Shown here: one piece after another, positions 44,640 to 55,357 of the stretch | Layout of the letters: every line of letters begins with the position of its first letter | How positions within the stretch are numbered: the stretch's first letter is position 1 | Origin: the human T2T-CHM13v2.0 reference genome, Homo sapiens | Assembly (NCBI RefSeq): GCF_009914755.1 | Contig: NC_060927.1 | DNA: 64,000 nt | Reading direction: 5' to 3' (one strand) | The notes under the pieces: generated by a model | The model's database searches: none | What the model saw: only the letters and a program-made list of their open reading frames with translations | Told to the model about the DNA's origin: nothing | Made by a program: the position numbers and the translations under genes

Positions 44640-44721
44640 ATTGGCCGCCAGACCTTGTGCCTGGCGGCCAATGGGGGGGCGCGGTCCACGAGCGGTGCCG
44701 CGTGTCTCCTCCTCCCATTGG
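44640..44721. promoter_or_regulatory. Three CCAAT (NF-Y-type) boxes
   Basis: ATTGG 44640-44, CCAAT 44668-72, ATTGG 44717-21. Confidence 0.7.
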
Positions 44722-44777
44722 CTGAAAGTTACTGTGGGAAAGAAAGTTTGGGAAGTTTCACACGAGCCGTTCGCGTG
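44654..44777. promoter_or_regulatory. HES1 autorepression N-boxes / class C sites
   Basis: CTTGTG (44654-59), CACGAG (44687-92, 44761-66), CGCGTG (44699-704, 44772-77). Confidence 0.8.
44733..44764. promoter_or_regulatory. Paired RBPJ/CSL site (SPS) for dimeric Notch complexes
   Basis: TGTGGGAA (44733-44740) and inverted TTCACACG (44757-44764), head-to-head with a 16-bp spacer; the established HES1 Notch response element. Confidence 0.95.
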
Positions 44778-44787
44778 CAGTCCCAGA

Positions 44788-44795
44788 TATATATA
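44788..44795 (+). promoter_or_regulatory. TATA box of HES1
   Basis: TATATATA in GC-rich context just upstream of the inferred TSS. Confidence 0.9.
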
Positions 44796-44814
44796 GAGGC
44801 CGCCAGGGCCTAGG

Positions 44815-45051
44815 GATCACACAGGATCCGGAGCTGGTGCTGATAACAGCGGAATCCCCCGTCTACCTCTCTCCTTGGTCCTGGAACAGCGCTACTGATC
44901 ACCAAGTAGCCACAAAATATAATAAACCCTCAGCACTTGCTCAGTAGTTTTGTGAAAGTCTCAAGTAAAAGAGACACAAACAAAAAATTCTTTTTCGTGA
45001 AGAACTCCAAAAATAAAATTCTCTAGAGATAAAAAAAAAAAAAAAAGGAAA
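44815..45051 (+). other. HES1: HES1 5' UTR (TSS approx. 44815)
   Basis: Starts ~27 bp after the start of the TATA box; no upstream ATG; A16 tract just before the start codon. Exact TSS inferred. Confidence 0.8.
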
Positions 45052-45159
45052 ATGCCAGCTGATATAATGGAGAAAAATTCCTCGTCCCCGGTGGCTGCTA
45101 CCCCAGCCAGTGTCAACACGACACCGGATAAACCAAAGACAGCATCTGAGCACAGAAAG
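45052..45159 (+). CDS. HES1: HES1 coding exon 1 (aa 1-36)
   Basis: ATG at 45052; translates [36 protein letters not shown], the HES1 N-terminus; ends at AAG|GTAAGG donor (GT 45160). Confidence 0.99.
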
Positions 45160-45287
45160 GTAAGGGCGGTACCTGTATCTCTTTGCAGCCCCTCAAAATT
45201 AAGTAGGGGTTGGGGGGCTTCTTTCTGTCTTGAAACCCCGGGATGGCAGATTCCATGGGAACACAGAACTCTTTTTTTTATTTGCAG

Positions 45288-45383
45288 TCATCAAAGCCTA
45301 TTATGGAGAAAAGACGAAGAGCAAGAATAAATGAAAGTCTGAGCCAGCTGAAAACACTGATTTTGGATGCTCTGAAGAAAGAT
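45288..45383 (+). CDS. HES1: HES1 coding exon 2 (basic region/helix 1)
   Basis: T-rich tract + TTTGCAG acceptor; [32 protein letters not shown] with the hairy-class basic-region proline; GAT|GTAAGT donor. Confidence 0.99.
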
Positions 45384-45631
45384 GTAAGTGGGGAAATGCT
45401 GCTCGCTCTTTTAATTAAAAAACAAACACTTTCTCAGCTACTAAGAGTGAAACCCCCCGCCCTGCGGGGTCTGGCACTCGCTGGTACTGCGTTCTCCCAG
45501 GCGGGAGGGCCCGGCCTTATTCGCTGGGGTCCAGAGATAATGCTTGCGCTCCGTGGCCGGGAGGAGGGACCCCCAGCACTCTGAAGCAGCTGACACGGGG
45601 CTCACTTTCCTTTCTTGCCTACTCTATGCAG

Positions 45632-45719
45632 AGCTCGCGGCATTCCAAGCTGGAGAAGGCGGACATTCTGGAAATGACAGTGAAGCACCTCCGGAACCTG
45701 CAGCGGGCGCAGATGACGG
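45632..45719 (+). CDS. HES1: HES1 coding exon 3 (loop/helix 2)
   Basis: Pyrimidine tract + TATGCAG acceptor; [29 protein letters not shown] + 1 nt; G|GTGAGG donor (phase 1). Confidence 0.99.
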
Positions 45720-46353
45720 GTGAGGGCGGCTCGCCGCGTCCCCCTGTGCGGGCGTCCCGCTCGCCTCGCGGTGATTTCTTCCAGACTTCCGCCCGTGGTT
45801 GTGAGAGGCATTCAGCTACATTTTACTGCCTTGGCTCACTCTTGCGTTCCCACGGTCTGGGGCTTATTTATAGCCACAACTCCAAGTTGTTACTGTTCCG
45901 GAAAGGGAGGGAAAGAGGTTGCAGCCGCGAGGGTGGCGGGCGCCGGGTAGGGGCGAAAGGACTTAGGACTGTGGCGGTTTGGAACTGCGTGGAGCCTGGG
46001 GGTCACTGGTTTAGCACTCCTTCCCGTTGCAGAAGGGGAAATGAGGCTTGGATGATGGATTGGGAGGCATTGTCCAAGGTCACATCGCGCGCGGGGGTGG
46101 GGGTGACAGATCTGGGGCTGAGATAGGTTTAAATGCAGCTACAGGGAATCGGGAAGGAGTGGCTCGGCTTTTGGCAGCAACGCTAGTGTGGAGAGGTGGC
46201 TGGTTTTTTCTAAACCCATCTCACCCTCCCTGCCGGAGGCAGTTTCACGGGCGCATGGTCAGGGAGGCGCGCCACAGGGACCTCCCAGGGCGGAGGCAGT
46301 GGCCACGGGGCCAGGGCCGTTCGGTGACCCGTCTGTCTCTTTCTGGCCCGCAG

Positions 46354-46904
46354 CTGCGCTGAGCACAGACCCAAGTGTGCTGGGGAAGTACCGAGCCGGC
46401 TTCAGCGAGTGCATGAACGAGGTGACCCGCTTCCTGTCCACGTGCGAGGGCGTTAATACCGAGGTGCGCACTCGGCTGCTCGGCCACCTGGCCAACTGCA
46501 TGACCCAGATCAATGCCATGACCTACCCCGGGCAGCCGCACCCCGCCTTGCAGGCGCCGCCACCGCCCCCACCGGGACCCGGCGGCCCCCAGCACGCGCC
46601 GTTCGCGCCGCCGCCGCCACTCGTGCCCATCCCCGGGGGCGCGGCGCCCCCTCCCGGCGGCGCCCCCTGCAAGCTGGGCAGCCAGGCTGGAGAGGCGGCT
46701 AAGGTGTTTGGAGGCTTCCAGGTGGTACCGGCTCCCGATGGCCAGTTTGCTTTCCTCATTCCCAACGGGGCCTTCGCGCACAGCGGCCCTGTCATCCCCG
46801 TCTACACCAGCAACAGCGGCACCTCCGTGGGCCCCAACGCAGTGTCACCTTCCAGCGGCCCCTCGCTTACGGCGGACTCCATGTGGAGGCCGTGGCGGAA
46901 CTGA
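46354..46904 (+). CDS. HES1: HES1 coding exon 4 (Orange domain, Pro-rich region, WRPW TLE/Groucho motif)
   Basis: CCCGCAG acceptor; [27 protein letters not shown]...MWRPWRN-TGA; exon sum 108+96+88+551=843 nt = 280 aa + stop. Confidence 0.99.
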
Positions 46905-47193
46905 GGGGGCTCAGGCCACCCCTCCTCCTAAACTCCCCAACCCACCTCTCTTCCCTCCGGACTCTAAACAGGAACTTGAATACTGGGAGAGAAGAGGACT
47001 TTTTTGATTAAGTGGTTACTTTGTGTTTTTTTAATTTCTAAGAAGTTACTTTTTGTAGAGAGAGCTGTATTAAGTGACTGACCATGCACTATATTTGTAT
47101 ATATTTTATATGTTCATATTGGATTGCGCCTTTGTATTATAAAAGCTCAGATGACATTTCGTTTTTTACACGAGATTTCTTTTTTATGTGATG

Positions 47194-47200
47194 CCAAAGA
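47194..47200 (+). promoter_or_regulatory. miR-9 seed match (7mer-A1) in HES1 3' UTR
   Basis: CCAAAGA complementary to the miR-9-5p 5' end (UCUUUGG); miR-9 regulation of Hes1 is established. Confidence 0.7.
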
Positions 47201-47256
47201 TGTTTGAAAATGCTCTTAAAATATCTTCCTTTGGGGAAGTTTATTTGAGAAAATAT

Positions 47257-47262
47257 AATAAA
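47257..47262 (+). terminator. HES1 polyadenylation signal AATAAA
   Basis: Canonical hexamer ~350 nt after stop, followed by T/GT-rich downstream sequence. Confidence 0.85.
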
Positions 47263-49479
47263 AGAAAAAAGTAAAGGCTTTTATGTCTTCGAACTGATTC
47301 TTCCAGAATATGTAAAAAGGCTTTTGGTGGAATTTGAATTACATGTAATTGGTAATTCAGGAATTGACTCTTTTGTTATTAAAAGAACATTTGTAAAAAT
47401 CCATCAAACTTTTCACCAATCCTCCATGAACTAAAAAGACTAAATTCCATTTACTTTACAAGCAGCCATCTGGTAAGGCTTCCCTGATAAACTTGTGGTC
47501 AGTCTCTTAAAGGATTTCCAAAAAAAATGTTTTTAAGTTGCAGTCGGGTAAGTCTGCAGCCCTTGTTCTTCTAGCTCCTCCTGAGGAAGATTGAACAGGA
47601 CTAAATTCACGAAGCTAATGGATCCAATCCTATTGCCCATTGCACGTTAAGGGTGGTTCCTGCAGCTCTCCTCTCAGGGTAGCTCACCAGCATCCAAAGC
47701 AAAAACACTTCCAACTGCTGCGCCTCCTTCAAGACTTGGGGTCTTCATTAATTAGCCAATCCTTTGGTTCAAATAAGACGTTCCCTAGCACCCAAAAGTT
47801 TCCTCTCCGCACCCTCTTAAAGCAAGCTGAAAAGGTCAACAGATTCCTTCTGCCAAGGGACAGTTAGTTAGACTCCCAAGTGGAGGCCGAGCCCAGATGA
47901 TTAACACCAGACATGTGTTTTTGATAAGTTTCTGTGCTTGGCTCTAATAGAGAAAGCATGTGGGGGCTGTGCTGGCAGGCACACAGGCCATCTTCCCCTT
48001 TTAATACAAACAGCAAGCGACCCCTTCGCTTGGTCATGCCCCATTTCCAGGCAAGATGTGGGCTCCAGATAGAAGCAAAAGGGTTGTCTCGGGTTTCAGC
48101 TCACATAACCCTCCTTAACAAGTCCTAACTCAAAGCGGACAGCTTTAAACTGTGCCAGGATCTGCAGGGAATTTCTTCCAAATCCCATCACAAAGGCTTG
48201 TCAGATTTTGTCAGATTTGGCCAGGTGTTTGACTGCATCCAGGTGTTGGGGAAATGAAAACCACGAGCCCTGCGAGACCAGACACATCAGCCGCGCTGTG
48301 GGTCTGGCGGGCGCGCCCTCCTCCCCCACCGCCGGCCAGTCCTCCTCCCCCCCGGCCCCTCCCGCCAGCCTCCTCTAACCCCCCTTTTCTTAGACCGGCT
48401 TCTGGGAGGAGAAGGATGAGGCGGGAGAGATCAATCTTTGAAGCTTTCCTAACAAAGATAAAGCCAACGATTTTCTGTCTTGTTTCAAAAGCTTTACCTC
48501 TCCCCCGCCCTGCTCTGGCCTTTCCCACAGGCCAGTGTGGAGAGCGGCTCTATCATAGGAATGATCGGGGAGACAGCAGTTTTCCACTCAAGATACCTTC
48601 GGACCCAGCTTCCACCCCAGAGGGAGAGATTTAAAAGAGACCTTTTTGAATTTGTCTCCTACCTGCCTTACTTTGTGTACATGAAAGGTGTCCAACACAC
48701 CTTCCGCCAAAGAAACACACACACACCCTTATCATTTTTCCACGTTTTCCCTCCTGTTGAAACACAAACAAAATAACAATCGTCCATTAAGACACCCAAC
48801 TCAAGCACCAGTGTTTCATTTGGTAAGCCTGTCCTCTGGGTCCACTAGGAGCCCCTTAACAGTCCTGGTAGAAAAAATCAGACCTCAATGTCTTATTTTT
48901 ACACAAGGAATTCCTTTTACATCGATGTCTTTAAAATTCACAGGAAAAAAAAATCTCAACACCAGTTGAAAATTCAATGTCCCTATGTTGAAGGGGAACA
49001 ATTTTAAAAGTGCATTTGTATTAATATCACCGAAAGTACATAGATATCTTCCTAGGGAGGGGACTAAATCAAAGGAAAAACACAAATACGTTTTTTTCTT
49101 TTTTTTAATTGGTGATTTGAAAAGAGCACTTTTTTTCCCCCTGAAAGCTAGGTTTAGACTATTCCACGAGGATTTTTTCTTTGTTACAGTAAGGGGAGAA
49201 GGTGGAGACCCCACTAGGCTCCAAACCGGAAAGGGCACTTTCCAGTTCCTGCCCAGCTATGCCACCAAATTCACTGTGTCACCTTGGATAAGTCATTTCC
49301 CTTCTCTGGGTCATTTCCAAGTCTGGAAAATGAATGGACTTATTTCTAAGACGCTGTACCCTCCTGCACTTTGGCTGTTTCTGGAGTAAGTAGCTGAGGG
49401 AGAGGCGAAACTTCAAAAACGACTTCAATGATGTTGCCTCCCTGGGGGTCCCTCAGGCCTGGCCTAATTATACGGCCTC

Positions 49480-50620
49480 GGGCACACCAGCAGCCCCTCT
49501 CGCCGGCCCCCAGCAGTGCTGATCGCTCGGGGAGATAAGGCACGACTCCAAACTGCGTCCGGATGCGGGCCGCGGGCCCCGGCTGCCGCGCGCATTAGCC
49601 TCTCAATGGAGCCCTTCCGGGGCCCCGGCCCCCCGCCGTCTCCAGCAGCATCCGGAGCGGGAAAGGCGCCGAACTGGAAGGGGGTGGGGGTGCTCTTCGG
49701 TCAACACGAGAGCCCTCTCCAAGCGCAGAAGCGCGACTCCGGAGGCTCGCCCCTCCTCGCGCCCCGTCCCACCCCACGCGTTTCTGGAATGGGGACCCTG
49801 GGGTTTCGTTGGACCCCCTCGTCGTCACCACCGTCCCGGGAAACCTGTCATTAAAGTCAATTAACTTTTCCCACACCCGTTGGCCGGTAACAACCCGCTC
49901 CTAGCTTCCTCCCCGGCTCCTAAGTGCAACCAGATGGGCGGACGGGCTGCCCCCGCCGCGCGCCCGCCGGGGCGGCCCGGGGGTTCCAGGGAGGCCGCCC
50001 GGGGCCCTCCGCCCGGGCGGGAGCCGGCCAGGGCGGCCACGCCGGGCCAGCCCTGGCGGCCCTGCGGCCAAGGTGGTTCGCTTAGCAGGCCCGGCTGCTT
50101 TCTGGCAGGAAATGAATAGCTCCCAGATGAGCTCAGGCAACCTGAGAGGTCGTGAGAACGGCGCGAACCCCCGCCTGTGCAGCCGGCAGCCTGCCAGGCC
50201 GCGGGGGGAGCGGGCGGCGGCGGCGGCGGCGGCGGGAGGCCGGGAGGCCCGGCGGGCGGGCGGGCGGGCGGCGGCGGGGAGAGGGGCGGGAGCCGCTGAC
50301 ACACGAGCCCGCGCCCGCTCCCGCTGACAGGCAGGCCGCCGCCCCCGCTTCCCCCGCCCCGGGCCCCAGCGCCTCCCAAGCAGCAGGCCTAGGCCGCAGG
50401 AAGGCGGCCGCGCGGCCCCGCCGGGCCTGGGGGTGGGGCCGCCTGCCAGTGTTTTTCCAGTTCCCCCGGTAGCTCCGGGCCGCATTTAGTAGCTGGGGAA
50501 ACTGGGCCGAGGCCAGGGCCGGGGCACTAGAGGCCCTCGCGGCCCGCAGAGCCCTGCCAGGCGGCAGGCCACGCCGGGGCAGGAGTGGGCAGAGCGGCGG
50601 GGTGAGGCCATCCCAGCCCA
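49480..50620. promoter_or_regulatory. Downstream CpG island
   Basis: Very GC/CpG-rich with (GGC)n and (GGGC)n runs; RBPJ-like TTCCCACA (49868) and CGTGAGAA (50151). Confidence 0.88.
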
Positions 50621-51605
50621 CAGAGCCGTCCCAAAAAAGACCTTGCCACCAGACAGCAACCCTGGACGCCTAAAAAAAAAATCCTCATTTCTGAAAACCC
50701 TGAGCGCCTACTGAGTGCTCAGCAGGCCCAATTCCCACCAGCCTCCGCCGCACCGAGCTCCCTGTGTAGCCGGGGAGATCCACAAACACCCTCGTGACTC
50801 ATCCCAGGTTTGATGTGCTAAGTGCCAAAACTGAAGTTTAAACAAAGGGCACCTAGAACAGAGAGATTAATTCTGATGAGAGGAAACCAGGCCGGGGAGG
50901 TTTTTCAGAGTTGGCACTTGAAGCCGAGAGGTGAAAGATGAGTTCAACAGGAAGGGTTAGAAGCAGAAGGGTGAGGGAAAACGCGGAGATGAACATATAT
51001 ACGTCCAGTCTGGGGAGATGTCAGTATGTTTACCATGGTGTGGTATCTAAGTTTTCAAATATACAAATTGGCTTAGAGGTCAAAAAAAGAAAAAGAGGGA
51101 TAAGCCCTGCCGCAGTGGTTGGCTTAAATGCAATACAGCCCAGGGGTTAGAAGCACGTGGTCTGGCTCCTGGCGGCTTGGCTTAGGTTTTGAGCCCGAGG
51201 GAAATTACTGAACTCCCTGCCTCAATTTTGTAACTCTGTATCTCATTTGTAACTTAGGGCTCGTCAGGGTAGTGCTTCACAGGGTTGAGAAGATGAAATG
51301 AGTACATGCACTTAAAGCATTTAGAATAGTGCTGTCAGCTCTTCGGATTCTTAACCACAGTGAGGGACGTTCACCAGACAAGAAAGCCAGTCCCGGCCTT
51401 TGCCCAGCGATGGCAGGATCTGCTTGTAATTGCACCAGGCCCTAGGTGAAAGGACCACTGCTTCTTCCTTAGTTTCTGAATTTCATGCATTCATTTGATA
51501 ATTATTGAACCAGGCACTATGGGAATAAAGGGAGAAGAAAGGCATGGTCTCTGTAACTATAAAGCTATCTGGTAGACAAGACAGCTTCCACACAAGAACA
51601 GCACT

Positions 51606-52046
<441 letters not shown>

Positions 52047-52476
52047 TCATAGAAATTACTGGCATAGTAAATAATTAGTCAAATTCCACCTAAGAAAGGT
52101 GATTCTCAAATGGTTAATTTCAAGGGTAATTATTTTACAATACTAACATCTTCTGCATGAGCATAATTACCTAGATGTGGTCAAGAAACTGGACTGCGAG
52201 TCAGGAAATCTGAGGCCTGATCCAGTTGGACTGCTACCTGTGAGATGCTGGCCAAGTCCCCTTACGTCTCTGGGCTTCGATCTCTGTGCCAGCACAATGA
52301 GAACGTTAGGCCAGGAAGCCTCTGAAGTGCTTTCAACTCCAGTCTGTGATTCCCTGTCCTCAGTGTGCTTCTGTGTGCCTTTACAGTTTGACACATGCTC
52401 TGTGGCTCTAGCAATGTATATCAGGCGTATTTCAGACCTTACAGCCAAGGCCCTGGCAGGATTGTTACAGACAAGT

Positions 52477-52776
52477 TTTTTGTTTTTTTGTTTTTTTTTG
52501 AGACGGAGTCTCACTCTGTCGCCCAGGCTGGAGTGCAGTGGCACTATCTTGGCTCACTGCAAGCTCTGCCTTCCGGGTTCACACCATTCTCCTGCCTCAG
52601 CCTCCTGAGGAGCTGGGACTACAGGCACCCGGCTAATTTTTTTTTTTTTTTGTATTTTTAGTAATGACAGGGTTTCACCGTGTTAGCCAGGATGGTCTCA
52701 ATCTCCTGACCTCATGATCCACCCACATTGGCCTCCCAAAGTGCTGGGATTACAGGCGTGAGCCACCGCGCCCGGC
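52477..52776 (-). mobile_element. Alu (Y-like)
   Basis: Reverse Y diagnostics (CTGCAAGCTC, CACCATTCTC, GTTAGCCAGGATGG); TSD ACAGACAAGT. Confidence 0.95.
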
Positions 52777-53145
52777 GACAGACAAGTATTTTCATCTGCA
52801 GTTAAAGATATGGGGACTGAGACCTGAAGGACAGGCATCGTAGTTCACCAGAAAATAGCCTACGTATCAGTTTCCTGGAGAGCTGCCATGTTAGTGAGAA
52901 TCATAGCTACTGCAAAGTACATCGAAGGCAGACTGCATCTGCCAGGATTTGCTCACATATGTGCTACCAAGACCTTATCCTTTGCTATGATATCGAGCAG
53001 CAAGAGTTAAAAATACCACTTTCTCTCTTCATCCTAAAAAAATTTCCCCCAATCCTTTTCACTTGCTCACTTCTTTTCTGAAAAGAGAATGTGATCTGTT
53101 GGTTCTCGGGACTCTCTCTATTTAAGAAATATACTTCCCCAACTG

Positions 53146-53288
53146 GGCCAGGTGCAGTGGCTCACACCTGTAATCCCAGCACTTTCAGAGGCAAAGACAG
53201 AAGATTGCTTGCACCAGGGGTTCAAGACCAGTCTGGGCAACATAGTGAGACCGACATCTCTATGGGGGAAAAAATAAAGAAAAAAAAT
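53146..53288 (+). mobile_element. Alu monomer (FLAM-like)
   Basis: Single left-arm-like monomer with A-rich tail; flanking TTCCCCAACT duplication. Confidence 0.85.
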
Positions 53289-53991
53289 ATATATATTTCC
53301 CCAACTAGCTAGAGTTTTTCCACTAGTACATTTACTGAATTAAATAGGCTAACTGGACTAGTCTGGCTAAAGAAGAATGTCAATCTGAATTAGTGGAAAA
53401 TCTGAGTTTTAAATATCTGTTAGGAAAAGTAGTAACTTTGCAAATACTTGTAGTGAGTCTGAATTCATAGCTTTCATAAAACTAATGCATTAAAGTCATT
53501 TAAAGAATGTGTTCTCTTATTAAGCAGGTTAAATGTGGCTCTGGCAATATTATTTGTACTATAAATCTTCCTTAAAATAATCAGAGGGGCCAGAGTGCAG
53601 CCCAAGTAAATAATTGCAATCTAAATTAATAAGAAGCCTTTACTGCAGCTATTCTTTCTATGTTCAGATATGTTCCCAATCCTAATTTGTCTTTAGTCAA
53701 GCAGAGATCAATACATTTTTTTCTTAGAAGTCCAAGTATAACTTAATGATAGCCATGTTATTTAAGGAACACTATTTGTTTCTTATTTTGTTTTTCACAA
53801 ATGTGATAGTTTTCATGTTCAACTAACTTTATGAGTTTTGTCATCAATGTGAGACATGAAATGTATAATTAGTTTACAAAAAACTCCAGCCTAAAGAAAA
53901 ACTATTGCAATTGACAAACACTACCCCATACTTCATGTTTTCTGCACCATCATCTTTTCCTCCTAGCTTTATGGTTATAAAATTTGTCTCT

Positions 53992-54288
53992 GGTCAGGCG
54001 CAGTGGCTCACACCTGGAATCCCAGGGCTTTGGGAAGCCGAGGTGGGCGGATCACTCGAGGTCAGCAGGTGGAGATCAGCTTGGCCAATATGATGAAACC
54101 CCGTCTGTACTAAAAATACAAAAAATTAGCCGGGCATGGTGGTGTGCACTTGTAAGCCCAGCTACTCGGGAGGCCGAGGCAAGAGAATCGCTTGAACCCG
54201 GGAGGCAGAAGTTGCAGTGAGATCACGCCACTGCACTCCAGCCTGGGCAACAGCGAGACTCCATCTCAATAAATAAATAAATGAAAAT
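53992..54288 (+). mobile_element. Alu (S-type)
   Basis: TSD AAAATTTGTC on both sides. Confidence 0.94.
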
Positions 54289-54370
54289 AAAATTTGTCCC
54301 TAAAACATCAAAATTTAAAACAAGAATATGATTGCTTAACAGGACCAGGAGAGAGCAAATGCAATGTGTC

Positions 54371-54677
54371 ACCAGGTGAGGTGGCACACACTTGTCCCAG
54401 CCACTGAAGAGACCGAGGGGGAGCATGACTTGAGCCCAGGAGTTCTGGGCTATGAGATGCTATGCCCAATACATGTTCACACTAAGTTCAACATCAATAT
54501 AGTGACTTTCTGGGAGCACGGGACCACCAAGTTGCCTAAGGAGGGGCAAACTGGCCCAGATTGGAAGCAGAACAGGTCAAAACTCCTGTGCTGATTAGTG
54601 GTGGGATGGCACCTGTGAACAGCCACTGCACTCTAGCCTGGGCAACATAGCAAGACCCTTTCTCTTAAAAAAAAAAA
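54371..54677 (+). pseudogene. 7SL (SRP RNA) processed pseudogene, full length
   Basis: Contains the S-domain absent from Alus (CACTAAGTTCAACATCAATATAGTGAC...GTTGCCTAAGGAGGGG...CAGGTCAAAACTCCTGTGCTGAT), an A tail and a 12/14 TSD (54357-70 / 54678-91). Confidence 0.93.
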
Positions 54678-54982
54678 AACTGCAGTGTGTCAAATCTGTT
54701 TCAGAGCAACTGCCATAAGTGACATTTAAGATGCATTAACAGCCACCAGAATTGTTTCCTGGGATAATACAAGGAAACATCTGGTGTAAGTTTTTCACTT
54801 AATTCTTTCCCCATTCTCACAGGTAAGTGTAAAAGTGCACTTTTTCATTTTAGTGAATCCCCAATACACATCTGGGGTGGGGATGGGATAGAAAACTTGA
54901 ATGAGGCTTCTGACACCCCAGATTTGTAAAGAACAAACGCTTTCGAGGCACAAGTTATTCTTTCCCATGTTCTGTTTCATAA

Positions 54983-55357
<375 letters not shown>

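Larger units (their letters stand above)
45450..46910. promoter_or_regulatory. Intragenic CpG-rich region (HES1 intron 2 to exon 4)
   Basis: High CpG density throughout; RBPJ motif TTCCCACG at 45847-45854 in intron 3. Confidence 0.75.
46905..47282 (+). other. HES1: HES1 3' UTR (AU/U-rich)
   Basis: Follows TGA; U-rich; contains TGTATATA (47096-47103), CCAAAGA (47194-47200) and AATAAA (47257-47262). Cleavage position estimated. Confidence 0.8.

Noticed and set aside
46188-46353. Apparent N-terminal extension of the exon-4 ORF (238 aa)
   Set aside because: Starts at GTG inside intron 3; the true acceptor is at 46353/46354 and restores the known 280-aa protein.
46245-46795. Antisense ORFs (178, 90, 86 aa) over HES1 exon 4
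   Set aside because: Shadow frames of a GC-rich coding exon.
49861-50621. ORFs of 106-194 aa in the downstream island
   Set aside because: Same GC-composition artefact, with (GGC)n-encoded poly-Ala/Pro/Arg.
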